Assembly (NCBI GenBank): GCA_017609205.1
Contig: JAFCEL010000001.1
Coordinates: 214,183-278,182, forward strand
DNA length: 64,000 bases
Origin: Candidatus Pacearchaeota archaeon
GTDB lineage: Archaea > Nanobdellota > Nanobdellia > Pacearchaeales > GW2011-AR1
Direction of reading: 5' to 3'
The position numbers and the translations under genes are program-made. This document shows, one piece after another, positions 43,335-52,291 of this stretch; position 1 is the first letter of the stretch, and every line of letters starts with the position of its first letter. The notes under the pieces were generated by a model that saw only the letters and a list, made by a program, of their open reading frames with translations, was not told where the DNA came from and did no database searches.

Positions 43335-44276
43335 ATGCCGACAAGAAAATCGCCAAGAAAAGGAAGTTTACAATTTTGGCCAAGAAAACGGGCCAGTAAG
43401 TTTTTACCTAGAGTAAACTGGGATGCTATTTCTTCTGGTAAAAATCTCAAAGGATTTATATGTTACAAAGCTGGTATGGCTTCTGTATCTATTAAAGACA
43501 ATACCCCTGATTCTATGACAAAAGGCAAAGAAAGAATAATTCCTGCAACAATTCTTGAATGCCCTGCTATGAAGATTTTCTCTGTAAGATTTTATAAAAA
43601 TAAAAAAGTTGCAAATGAAATTCTTGCTGAAAAATTGGACAAAGAACTTAAGAAAAAGATTAAGATTCCAAAAAAACATAAAAAATTAGAAGAAATAAAA
43701 TTAGAAGATTATGATGATATTCGACTAATCTGTTATTCAATTGTCAAAAAAACAGGAATAAAAAAGAAACCGGATTTAAGTGAAATAGGATTAAAAGGAA
43801 GTTTTGAAGAAAAAATAAATTTTGTTAAAGAAAACCTGAATAAAGAGATTTCAATTGAAAATGTTTTTGAAAAAGGGCAATTAGTTGATGTTAGGGGATT
43901 AACTAAGGGCAAAGGTTTTCAAGGCCCTGTTAAAAGATTTGGAATTACATTGAGAGTTCATAAGTCAGAGAAAGGTGTAAGAAAAGTTGGAAGTATTGGT
44001 CCGTGGCATCCTGCACGGGTAACATTCAGAGTTCCAATGGCAGGACAACTTGGTATGTTCACAAGAGTCATTTATAATAATAAAATTCTAGATATGGGCA
44101 AATCCGAAGACAAATTCAGGAACATAAAAAATTTTGGAGACATAAAAACAAATTATATGATAATTACGGGTTCTGTTCAAGGACCTGCAAAAAGGCAACT
44201 GCTTGTTACTTCTCCTCTAAGAGAAACAAAAAAACAGAAAAAGAAAAATTATGAATTACTGGAGATATTGAAATGA
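43335..44276 (+). CDS. rpl3: ribosomal protein uL3
   Basis: 'PRKGSLQFWPRKRA', 'GKGFQGPVKRFG'. Confidence 0.9.
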   Translation: MPTRKSPRKGSLQFWPRKRASKFLPRVNWDAISSGKNLKGFICYKAGMASVSIKDNTPDSMTKGKERIIPATILECPAMKIFSVRFYKNKKVANEILAEKLDKELKKKIKIPKKHKKLEEIKLEDYDDIRLICYSIVKKTGIKKKPDLSEIGLKGSFEEKINFVKENLNKEISIENVFEKGQLVDVRGLTKGKGFQGPVKRFGITLRVHKSEKGVRKVGSIGPWHPARVTFRVPMAGQLGMFTRVIYNNKILDMGKSEDKFRNIKNFGDIKTNYMIITGSVQGPAKRQLLVTSPLRETKKQKKKNYELLEILK

Positions 44277-45061
44277 AAACTAAAATATTCTCGGTCAAAG
44301 GGAAAGAAAAAGGAGAAATTGCACTTCCTAAATGTTTTTCTGCTCCGATAAGAGAAGATATTGTGCAGAAAGTTTTGGAAATTAAAAAGACAAAACAACC
44401 TTACGGACCAAACCCTCTTGCAGGAAATTATTCTGCTGCAGGAAAAATCGTCCATAGAAGACACGTATGGAAATCTCAATATGGGAGAGGAATATCAAGA
44501 GTGCCAAGAAAGATATTCTCACGTAGGGGCTCTCAATTTAATTGGGAAGGTGCAACTGCCCCAAATACAAGAGGTGGAAGAAGGGCTCATCCTCCTAAGC
44601 CAATCTCAATGATTAGCACTAAAAAAATAAATAAAAAAGAATTAAAAATTGCGTTTGAATCTGCATTAAGCGCAACTGCTAACAAAGAATTTATTGAAAA
44701 AAAGTATGAAAGAATTGAAAAAATAGATAAGAAGGTTCCATTTGTCGTTGATTCTGAAATTGTTAAATTAAAAATAAAAGAAATCATAAAAAGCCTGAAG
44801 GAAATTCTTGGGGAGAAACTCTTTGATATTGCAATTAAGAAAAAAAGCATTCGTGCTGGAAAAGGAAAGATGAGAGGAAGAAGATACAAAAAGAGCGCAG
44901 GAATCTTAATAGTTATTGGTGAGAATGAAAAATTGAAAACAAAGCAGTTTGATGTAGTCAATGTTAAGAATTTGGGAGTTAATGACCTAGCAAAAGGGGG
45001 CCTTGGAAGATTAACAATCTATACAGAAAATGCAATTAAATTTTTGGAAGGAAAAAAATGA
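44273..45061 (+). CDS. rpl4: ribosomal protein uL4
   Basis: 'GRGISRVPR', 'TRGGRRAHPPK', 'RAGKGKMRGRRY'. Confidence 0.9.
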   Translation: MKTKIFSVKGKEKGEIALPKCFSAPIREDIVQKVLEIKKTKQPYGPNPLAGNYSAAGKIVHRRHVWKSQYGRGISRVPRKIFSRRGSQFNWEGATAPNTRGGRRAHPPKPISMISTKKINKKELKIAFESALSATANKEFIEKKYERIEKIDKKVPFVVDSEIVKLKIKEIIKSLKEILGEKLFDIAIKKKSIRAGKGKMRGRRYKKSAGILIVIGENEKLKTKQFDVVNVKNLGVNDLAKGGLGRLTIYTENAIKFLEGKK

Positions 45062-45216
45062 ATTTCTTAAATCTTGAACAAAAAATGGATATACACGGAA
45101 ATTTAACTAAAGGGGATATTTGTGAAAGAGAATTTTTCAATCCAGAAGATTATCGTTGTAAAAATTGTGATGATTATAAAGTATGTATGCAAAAGTATGG
45201 GAGGAAAGATGAATAA
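45058..45216 (+). CDS. 52-aa four-Cys micro-protein, translationally coupled to rpl4 and to the exonuclease gene
   Basis: Not in the track. My translation is MNFLNLEQKMDIHGNLTKGDICEREFFNPEDYRCKNCDDYKVCMQKYGRKDE. ATGA overlap with the rpl4 stop, and its TAA overlaps the next ATG (ATGAATAA). SD-like 'GGAAGGA' upstream. Confidence 0.45.
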   Translation: MNFLNLEQKMDIHGNLTKGDICEREFFNPEDYRCKNCDDYKVCMQKYGRKDE

Positions 45217-45859
45217 CCAAATTTTACCTATAGTATTAGATATAGAAACAAGCGGACTTAATATGCTTAAATCAGGGATCTGGCAAATTGGTGCAATTGA
45301 TTTAAACACAATGGAAGAATTTTTTGATGAATGTAGAATCGACGAAGAAGATGAAATAGCTAAAGAAGCATTAGTCATTATTGGAAAAACAGAAGAAGAA
45401 TTAAGAGATAAAAATAAAGAAACTCAAAAAAAATTAATCGAGAAATTCTTAAGATGGATTGATAAAAGAAAGATGATAAATTTTGTCTGCCAAGGTCCGC
45501 AATTTGATATGGGTTTTTTAATAGCAAAGATTAATAAGTATAACCTTAAAGAAACATTTCATTATAGAGCCTTTGATTTGCATACCATTGCACAAATGAG
45601 ATATTATGAGAAAAATAAGAAGTTTAAAATTAAGGATAATAAAAGTGATATGAGTCTTTCTGAAATATTGAATTTTTGTGGTTTACCTGATGAGAGAAGA
45701 TTACTTGAAAAAGGAGACATAGTAAAAGAAGGTAAACCTCACAATGCTCTTGAAGACGCAAAACTTACAGCAGAATGCTTTTCACGGATTATTTTTGGAA
45801 AGAATCTCCTTCCTAAATTTACTAAATTTAACATCCCAGAGGAATTGAAAAATGATTAA
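45209..45859 (+). CDS. DEDDh (DnaQ-like) 3'-5' exonuclease inserted between rpl4 and rpl23
   Basis: ExoI 'LDIETSGL', ExoII 'QGPQFDMGFL', ExoIII 'HNALEDAKL'. Start taken at ATG 45209, preceded by SD 'GGGAGGA' (the track ORF begins at GTG 45122). Confidence 0.75.
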   Translation: MNNQILPIVLDIETSGLNMLKSGIWQIGAIDLNTMEEFFDECRIDEEDEIAKEALVIIGKTEEELRDKNKETQKKLIEKFLRWIDKRKMINFVCQGPQFDMGFLIAKINKYNLKETFHYRAFDLHTIAQMRYYEKNKKFKIKDNKSDMSLSEILNFCGLPDERRLLEKGDIVKEGKPHNALEDAKLTAECFSRIIFGKNLLPKFTKFNIPEELKND

Positions 45860-46091
45860 ACCACTTACAACTGAAAAAGCAGTAATAAAAATTGAATCAG
45901 AGAATGTTTTGACTTTTATAGTGGATATTAATAAAACAAAAGACGAAATTAAAAAAGAAATTGAAAAACTGTTTGAAGTAAAAGTTGAAAAGATAAGAAC
46001 ATTGATAAGAGATAACAAAAAATATGCTTATGTTAAATTAAAAAAAGACTTTCTTGCTATTGATTTAGCGACAAAGTTAGGTATCATGTAA
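45852..46091 (+). CDS. rpl23: ribosomal protein uL23
   Basis: 79 aa. 'KPLTTEKAV...ENVLTFIVD...KKEIEKLFEVKVEKIRTL' and operon position. Confidence 0.85.
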   Translation: MIKPLTTEKAVIKIESENVLTFIVDINKTKDEIKKEIEKLFEVKVEKIRTLIRDNKKYAYVKLKKDFLAIDLATKLGIM

Positions 46092-46096
46092 TAAAT

Positions 46097-46795
46097 ATGG
46101 GAAAAAGAATAATTCAACAACGAAGAGGAAGGGGAACTCTTACTTATAAAGTTCGAAAAAAAGCATTTAGATATAAGCTACAATTCCCAAGAAAATTAGA
46201 AGGAGAGGGAGAAGTTGTAAAGTTAATTAATTCTCCAGGACATACAGCTCCAATTGCAAAGATCAAATTTAATGAGGGTATTTTTTATATTCCTGCATGT
46301 GAAAAAATGTTTGAAGGACAAAAAATAAACTTTGATGAAAAAAAACCTAAAGAAGGAAATATTGTAAAGATGAAATATTTACCTGTGAAAACAAAAGTTT
46401 ATTGTATTGAATCACGTCCTGGAGATGGAGGGAAATTTATAAAGGCTGGAGGAAATTCTGCAATGATAAACCGAATTGTCGGAGAGAAGATATTTGTAAT
46501 TATGCCCTCAAAAAAAGAAAAAGAATTTAATTCAGAATGCCGAGCAGTCGTAGGCATTATTGCAGGAGATCAAAGGAAAAACAAACCAGTGGTCAAGGCA
46601 GGAAAAAAATACCATATTAAAAAATCAAAAAGCAAGTTATGGCCCAGAACCTCTGCAGTAAAAATGAACGCAATTGACCATCCATTCGGCTCTGGTCGAG
46701 GAAAAAATCCTAAAAGCAAGATTGCTAAAAGAAATGCTCCGCCTGGAAGAAAAGTTGGATTAATAAGACCGAGGAGGACAGGTAAAAGAAAATGA
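46097..46795 (+). CDS. rpl2: ribosomal protein uL2
   Basis: 'GGKFIKAGGNSAMI', 'AIDHPFGSGRGK'. Confidence 0.9.
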   Translation: MGKRIIQQRRGRGTLTYKVRKKAFRYKLQFPRKLEGEGEVVKLINSPGHTAPIAKIKFNEGIFYIPACEKMFEGQKINFDEKKPKEGNIVKMKYLPVKTKVYCIESRPGDGGKFIKAGGNSAMINRIVGEKIFVIMPSKKEKEFNSECRAVVGIIAGDQRKNKPVVKAGKKYHIKKSKSKLWPRTSAVKMNAIDHPFGSGRGKNPKSKIAKRNAPPGRKVGLIRPRRTGKRK

Positions 46796-46834
46796 ATCTA
46801 AAAAATAAACAAAAATTTATCAAAGAATCAAATA

Positions 46835-47239
46835 ATGATTAAAATGGAAATAACAAAAAAACAATTCACATATAGAGGGAAAACAATTGAAGAATTAAAA
46901 AAATTAGATATTCGTGAATTTGCAAAATTAGTTCCTTCCAGAAATAGAAGAAATATTCTAAGAAATTTTCAAAAGATAGAGGATTTTGTCAAAAGATCTA
47001 GAAAGAAGATTGAAAAAGAAAAACCAATAAAAACACATTCAAGAGATTTGATTGTTGTTCCTGAAATGATTGGATGGAAAATTATGGTTCATAATGGAAA
47101 TAAATTCATACCAGTACAGATAATCGGAGAAATGCTTGGACATAAACTCGGAGAATTTGCACCTACAAGAGCAAGAATTAAACATAGTAAAGCAGGTGTA
47201 GGAGCAACAAAAGGAACTAAACATAAATCGAAAAAATGA
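46835..47239 (+). CDS. rps19: ribosomal protein uS19
   Basis: '[28 protein letters not shown]'. Confidence 0.9.
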   Translation: MIKMEITKKQFTYRGKTIEELKKLDIREFAKLVPSRNRRNILRNFQKIEDFVKRSRKKIEKEKPIKTHSRDLIVVPEMIGWKIMVHNGNKFIPVQIIGEMLGHKLGEFAPTRARIKHSKAGVGATKGTKHKSKK

Positions 47240-47284
47240 TTTTCAGATTATTTAAGATAAATTCAATGAGAAATAAGAAATAAA

Positions 47285-47920
47285 ATGCCAAATACAGAAA
47301 AACCAACAACAATTGCAGCAAAAAAACAACAAGGGATAGTTAAAACCCCAAAAATAAAATCAAATCAAGCTAAAACATTGGAACCAAAAAATTCAGTGAT
47401 TAAAAAAAATGAAAAATCCCCTGAAGAAGATAAAAAAGAGAAAAGAGAAGATAAAAAAATTGAAAAGAAAAAAGAATCTAAAAAACAAGTTATTAAAAAA
47501 ATCAAAAAAGAAGAAGTTGTTGTTAATGCTAAAAACCTTCATATATCAACAAAAAAATCTGCTGCTATTTGTAAATTTCTAAAAGGGAAAAAAATTGAGA
47601 CTGCAATTGAACAGTTGGAAGAGGTTCTCAAACTAAAGAGAGCTATCCCAATGAAAGGGGAAATCCCTCATAAAAAAGGCAGAATTATGTCAGGAAGATA
47701 TCCTCAAAATGCAGTTAAGGAATTTTTAGTCTTATTAAAAAGCCTTCAAGGAAACGCGAATAACCATGATGTTGAGGAGCCAGTTATTGTTGAAGCGATT
47801 GCAAACATTGGTGAAAGACCTTTAGGAAGGTTTGGCAGGTGGAAAAGAAAAAGAACCCATATTAGAATCGTTGCACGAGAAAAGAAAATGATTAAAAACA
47901 AGGAGAGGAAGAAAATATAA
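47285..47920 (+). CDS. rpl22: ribosomal protein uL22 with a Lys-rich N-terminal extension of about 75 aa
   Basis: The core starts at 'VVNAKNLHISTKKSAAICKFLKGK'. The preceding K/E-rich segment is not part of canonical uL22. Confidence 0.8.
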   Translation: MPNTEKPTTIAAKKQQGIVKTPKIKSNQAKTLEPKNSVIKKNEKSPEEDKKEKREDKKIEKKKESKKQVIKKIKKEEVVVNAKNLHISTKKSAAICKFLKGKKIETAIEQLEEVLKLKRAIPMKGEIPHKKGRIMSGRYPQNAVKEFLVLLKSLQGNANNHDVEEPVIVEAIANIGERPLGRFGRWKRKRTHIRIVAREKKMIKNKERKKI

Positions 47921-47921
47921 A

Positions 47922-48608
47922 ATGGAAGAGAAAAATATTGTGAGATTCAAAAAAGAAGAATTTGCTGTTCGTGAAAGTATTAAGAAATTTTTAGGTAAGG
48001 GAAAAGTCAGCAGAGTCAAGATCATCTATACCCCTGTTGGAGAGAAGATAGTTATTTCAACACATAAACCAGGACTAGTCATTGGAAGAAAAGGAGAGAA
48101 AATCGAAGAGATAACAAAAATTTTAAAATCCCGATTCAAACTTGAAAACCCTTCTATTGAAATTGATGAGATTAAAAAACCTGAATTTGATGCTCAAATA
48201 AATGCAGATGAAATTGCACTAGAACTTGAGAGATTTGGCCCTCTAAAGTTCAAGGTAATTGCTTATAGGACTCTTAAGAGAATTATGAGTTCTGGGGCAT
48301 TAGGAGCTGAAATAAGGTTAAATGGGAAACTTCCAGGTTCGAGAGCAAAACCATGGAGATTTGCTCAGGGATATCTCAAAAAAACAGGTGATTCTGCAAA
48401 AGTTGTTGATAGAGCTCAAGCAAGAGCAGAAACAAAACCAGGAACAGTTGGAGTCAAAGTAGCCATACTATCTCCTGAAGCAAAGTTGCAAGATAAGATA
48501 ATAATCGACGAAGAAATGCTCGATAGAATTAAAAAGAATATAGAGATCAAAGAAGAAAATAAATCACCAAAGAAAAAAGGTTCTAGAAAGAAAAAGAAAA
48601 CAAAATGA
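47922..48608 (+). CDS. rps3: ribosomal protein uS3
   Basis: KH domain 'PGLVIGRKGEKIEEI'. 'GAEIRLNGKL'. Confidence 0.9.
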   Translation: MEEKNIVRFKKEEFAVRESIKKFLGKGKVSRVKIIYTPVGEKIVISTHKPGLVIGRKGEKIEEITKILKSRFKLENPSIEIDEIKKPEFDAQINADEIALELERFGPLKFKVIAYRTLKRIMSSGALGAEIRLNGKLPGSRAKPWRFAQGYLKKTGDSAKVVDRAQARAETKPGTVGVKVAILSPEAKLQDKIIIDEEMLDRIKKNIEIKEENKSPKKKGSRKKKKTK

Positions 48609-48805
48609 AATTTAGAGAAATTCAAAAATTGAGTAAGTCAGACAGAGAGAAAAAGCTTAAAGAGCTAAGACTCGAATTAATCAAATCACAAACAGGCGCC
48701 TCTAAACAAGGGGGTTCAAAAGCAAGACAAATTAGGAAGATTATTGCAAGAATACTCACACTCAACAACTCTGAAAATAAATCAGAAAAGTTGAATGAAA
48801 AATAA
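48605..48805 (+). CDS. rpl29: ribosomal protein uL29
   Basis: 'REIQKLSKSDREKKLKELRLELIK' and operon position. Confidence 0.85.
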   Translation: MKFREIQKLSKSDREKKLKELRLELIKSQTGASKQGGSKARQIRKIIARILTLNNSENKSEKLNEK

Positions 48806-48808
48806 ACA

Positions 48809-49108
48809 ATGGAAATATGTCCAAAATGTGGCCTGCCAAGGCAGGCATGTGTGTGTGAACAAATCGGAAAAAGTTCGCAAAGAATAACTGTGACAACAGA
48901 CAAAAAAAGATATGGAAAGATAGTGACTGTTGTCTCAGGATTTGATAGCGACATAGATATCAAGCAAATCGCAAAAGCACTGAAAAGTGAACTTGCTTGT
49001 GGAGGGACCTCCAAAGAGAATACAATTGAACTTCAAGGAGACCACACAAGGAGAATAAAACCCCTCCTTGTGAAACTTGGCTTTGAAGAAGAATTAATAA
49101 GCGATTAA
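48809..49108 (+). CDS. eif1: translation initiation factor aIF1 (SUI1)
   Basis: N-terminal Cys knuckle 'CPKCG...CVC' plus 'KRYGKIVTVVSGF' and 'ACGGTSKENTIELQGDH'. Confidence 0.85.
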   Translation: MEICPKCGLPRQACVCEQIGKSSQRITVTTDKKRYGKIVTVVSGFDSDIDIKQIAKALKSELACGGTSKENTIELQGDHTRRIKPLLVKLGFEEELISD

Positions 49109-49135
49109 TTCCATCACACAAGAACAAAGAGAAAA

Positions 49136-49534
49136 ATGGCGAAGAAAGAACAAACAGAGAAAGCAGGAGAAAGAATGAAAGATAGCTGTGCTGATGTTAA
49201 ATGCCCTTTCCATGGAAAATTGAAAATTCGTGGAAGGAGCTTTGAAGGAAGAGTTATAAGAAAATTCCCCAAAAGAATTACAATCGAATTAGAAAGAATG
49301 ATCTACATAAGAAAATATGAAAGATATACAAAGTCAAGAACGAAAATTCATGCGCGACTTCCTGATTGTCTAGAAAAAGAGATTAACATTGGGGATTTAG
49401 TCAAGGTGCAAGAGTGCCGTCCATTAAGTAAAATAATCCATTTTGTCGTTACTGAAAAAATTAAAGATACTAATCTTAAACAAGATTCAGATATCGCGCA
49501 TCATAGGAGTATAAAACAAGGAGATAAAAAATGA
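49136..49534 (+). CDS. rps17: ribosomal protein uS17
   Basis: 'CPFHGKLKIRGRSFEGRV', 'GDLVKVQECRPLSK'. Confidence 0.9.
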   Translation: MAKKEQTEKAGERMKDSCADVKCPFHGKLKIRGRSFEGRVIRKFPKRITIELERMIYIRKYERYTKSRTKIHARLPDCLEKEINIGDLVKVQECRPLSKIIHFVVTEKIKDTNLKQDSDIAHHRSIKQGDKK

Positions 49535-49932
49535 AAGCTGTTAGTGCCAAACCTACAAGAGCATTTAACTTAGGAGCATATTTAATTGCAGCAGACAATA
49601 GTGGTGCAAAAGTTGTAAAATTAGTTGGAGTAAAAAAAGGAAAAAGTAAGAAAGGTCGACAAGGCTATGCTAAAATTGCAGATTGGGTTAAAGTAAGTAT
49701 CAGAAAAGGTGTTCCAGATATGAAAGGGAAAGTTTTTGATGCAGTAATAATCAGACAAAAAAGACCTTATAAAAGAAAAACAGGGGAAAGAGTTGCATTT
49801 GAAGATAATGCTGTTGCAATTCTAAAAGATGACAAAGGGAATCCAAAAGGAACTCAGATTAAAGGACCAATTGCAAGGGAGGTTTTAGAGCGATGGCCAA
49901 GTGTGGCAAAAATCGCAAATATTGTTTATTAA
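49531..49932 (+). CDS. rpl14: ribosomal protein uL14
   Basis: 'ADNSGAK...VKL', 'AVIIRQKRPYKR', 'FEDNAVAI'. Confidence 0.9.
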   Translation: MKAVSAKPTRAFNLGAYLIAADNSGAKVVKLVGVKKGKSKKGRQGYAKIADWVKVSIRKGVPDMKGKVFDAVIIRQKRPYKRKTGERVAFEDNAVAILKDDKGNPKGTQIKGPIAREVLERWPSVAKIANIVY

Positions 49933-49933
49933 G

Positions 49934-50173
49934 ATGGCTGAAAAAAATGGATACTGGAATATTGAAATAGCATTAACCTCTATGAGAAGTTATATGGGAC
50001 AAGGATCAGATAATATTTCCAGAGACCACGAAGAAATTAACAGGGCATACAAAAGAGCAAGAGATGCTGCTATGGCTCTTGGAATGAATGTAATGGGTCT
50101 TCCTAGAAGAATAACCCAGAAGAGAATTAAAAGAAATTTAAAATTAAGCGAAATTATGGAGGGATATTTTTAG
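49934..50173 (+). CDS. 79-aa hypothetical protein inserted between rpl14 and rpl24
   Basis: The ATG lies 1 nt after the rpl14 stop and the stop lies 1 nt before the rpl24 ATG. No clear SD and no motif recognised. Confidence 0.4.
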   Translation: MAEKNGYWNIEIALTSMRSYMGQGSDNISRDHEEINRAYKRARDAAMALGMNVMGLPRRITQKRIKRNLKLSEIMEGYF

Positions 50174-50174
50174 G

Positions 50175-50618
50175 ATGAAACAAAAATTTTCAACTAAATG
50201 GAAGTCAAGTAAACAACCTCGTAAAAAAAGGAAATACATAGCAAATGCACCCTTGCATATTAAGAGAAAATTCTTGAGTGTGAACTTATCAAAAGAATTA
50301 AGGAAAAAATATGGAAAAAGAAATATTGTCTTAAGAAAAGGTGATATTGTAAAAATAATGAGGGGGAAATATAAGAAAAAACAAGGTAAGGTAATTGAAA
50401 TTAAGATAAAAAACGGGAAAATCTATGTAGAAGGAATTCAAATAACCAAAAGAGACGGCTCAAAAACAAATGTTCCTTTAAAGGCATCAAACCTTCAAAT
50501 TATTGAGTTAAATTTAGAGGATAAAAAGAGAATTAAAAAAATGAAGAAAGAAGAAAAGAAACAAGAACTTAAAAAGAAAGAAAATCCAAAAAGTAAATTA
50601 AAGGAAAAGAAGAAATAA
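50175..50618 (+). CDS. rpl24: ribosomal protein uL24 with K/E-rich C-terminal extension
   Basis: KOW 'KGDIVKIMRGKYKKKQGKV'. Confidence 0.9.
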   Translation: MKQKFSTKWKSSKQPRKKRKYIANAPLHIKRKFLSVNLSKELRKKYGKRNIVLRKGDIVKIMRGKYKKKQGKVIEIKIKNGKIYVEGIQITKRDGSKTNVPLKASNLQIIELNLEDKKRIKKMKKEEKKQELKKKENPKSKLKEKKK

Positions 50619-50619
50619 A

Positions 50620-51270
50620 ATGGCTCATTTAAAAAGACAATTAGTACCAAAGAGATGGCCAATCGCAAGGAAAGGAACATCCTTTATAGTCAGACCTAGA
50701 GGAAACATTCGCAGGGGTATTCCATTGTTAATTGTTTTAAGAGATATGCTAAAAATCTGCCAAAACAGAAAGGAAGTCAAAAGAGCAATTCATGAAAAAA
50801 AGATATTAGTAAATGGAAAACCTGTAAGAGATGATAAAAACACCCTGTTATTATTTGATACACTGACAATTGTTCCCTCGAATAAATTCTATAGAATATG
50901 TTTATCAGAAAAGGGAAAATATTCTCTTGAAGATATAAAAGAAGACGAATCTATCAAAAAAATTAGTAAGATTATGAATAAAAAGATCCTGAAAGGAAAA
51001 AAAGTTCAGTTGAATCTAAGAGATGGAAGAAATTTCCTTTCAGACATAAAATGTAATATAGGCGATTCTGTGCTGATTAATCTCAAAAGTAAAAAAATAG
51101 AGAAGTGCATCCCATTGAAGGAGAAAGCAAAAATCATTATTGTCGAAGGAAAACACGCTGGGAAGAAAGGTATTCTAGAAGAATTAGAATCAAAAAGCAA
51201 GATGGCTAAATTAAAAATCAATGGAAAAAAGATCAATGTTCTAATTAAACAGATTATGGTGGTGGAATAA
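50620..51270 (+). CDS. rps4e: ribosomal protein eS4
   Basis: 'MAHLKRQLVPKRWPI' N-terminus, typical of S4e. Confidence 0.9.
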   Translation: MAHLKRQLVPKRWPIARKGTSFIVRPRGNIRRGIPLLIVLRDMLKICQNRKEVKRAIHEKKILVNGKPVRDDKNTLLLFDTLTIVPSNKFYRICLSEKGKYSLEDIKEDESIKKISKIMNKKILKGKKVQLNLRDGRNFLSDIKCNIGDSVLINLKSKKIEKCIPLKEKAKIIIVEGKHAGKKGILEELESKSKMAKLKINGKKINVLIKQIMVVE

Positions 51271-51271
51271 G

Positions 51272-51772
51272 ATGAAGCAAAATCCAATGAGAGAGATAAA
51301 AATAGAGAAAGTTGTTCTAAGTGTAGGAGGAATTGGAGATGAATTAGAAAAAGGTGTTAAACTTTTGGAGTTTTTAACAAATAGAAAGGCTGCAAAGATG
51401 AAATCCAAAAAAAGAATTCCTAATTTTGGGGTCAGACCAGGATTAGAAATAGGGGCGGTTGTAACTTTAAGAAAGAATATTGAAGAATTTCTTAAAAAAA
51501 TGCTCGCAACAATAGATAACACTTTAAAGAAAAAGCAGATTAGTGAAAATAATTTTTCCTTTGGAATAAAAGAGTATATTGAAATCCCAGGAATTGAGTA
51601 CCAAAGAGATATTGGAATAAGAGGGTTCGACATAACAGTTGTCTTCAAGAGGGCTGGAAGAAGAGTCAAATTAAGGAAGATAAAAAAAGGAAGAATTCCC
51701 TCAAGACAGATGATTTCAAAAGAAGAAATAATTAAATTTATGGAAGAAAATTTCGGAACAAAGTTTATTTAA
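51272..51772 (+). CDS. rpl5: ribosomal protein uL5
   Basis: 'NPMREIKIEKVVLSVG', 'FGIKEYIEIPG'. Confidence 0.9.
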   Translation: MKQNPMREIKIEKVVLSVGGIGDELEKGVKLLEFLTNRKAAKMKSKKRIPNFGVRPGLEIGAVVTLRKNIEEFLKKMLATIDNTLKKKQISENNFSFGIKEYIEIPGIEYQRDIGIRGFDITVVFKRAGRRVKLRKIKKGRIPSRQMISKEEIIKFMEENFGTKFI

Positions 51773-51773
51773 A

Positions 51774-52004
51774 ATGACGGCATCAGATTGGAACAAAATA
51801 TTGAAACAATTAAGAAAAAAACCTGCAAAGTTAAAGAAATTTCTAAAACATAATAAACCCAAAGAAAGAAAAATAGGGATTGTTGTTAGAAAATGCGAAA
51901 GATGCGGGAGATTTGGTGCACACATAAAATCATATGGATTAAACCTATGCCGACACTGTTTTAGAGAGATTGCAGAAGAAATCGGCTTTAAAAAATATAG
52001 TTAA
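51774..52004 (+). CDS. rps14: ribosomal protein uS14 (zinc type)
   Basis: 'CERCGR....YGLNLCRHCFRE'. Confidence 0.85.
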   Translation: MTASDWNKILKQLRKKPAKLKKFLKHNKPKERKIGIVVRKCERCGRFGAHIKSYGLNLCRHCFREIAEEIGFKKYS

Positions 52005-52005
52005 A

Positions 52006-52290
52006 ATGTTAATAGGAATAAAAAACCTCAGAGAGAATATTGAAAAGAGCGTTGCTGATACAACGCTGATTTATCAGGACTTATTCGAGGTAATGTACTC
52101 TATAATGAGTGAAGCAGATAAAACCTCTCTGGATAACGGTAGAAGAAGAATCGAACAAATGTTAGACACATATAAGAATCTAATGAATATTTACAAAATA
52201 ACTAGAAGAGAGTCTATGATAGATCCAAGATATTTTGATAAAATACTTAAAAAAAGTTTAGAATTAAAAGGTTTGGAGGTTGAACTATAA
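52006..52290 (+). CDS. 94-aa hypothetical helical protein inserted between rps14 and rps8
   Basis: The ATG lies 1 nt after the rps14 stop and the stop lies 1 nt before the rps8 ATG. The rps8 SD (GGAGGT) lies inside its 3' end. No motif recognised. Confidence 0.4.
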   Translation: MLIGIKNLRENIEKSVADTTLIYQDLFEVMYSIMSEADKTSLDNGRRRIEQMLDTYKNLMNIYKITRRESMIDPRYFDKILKKSLELKGLEVEL

Positions 52291-52291
52291 A

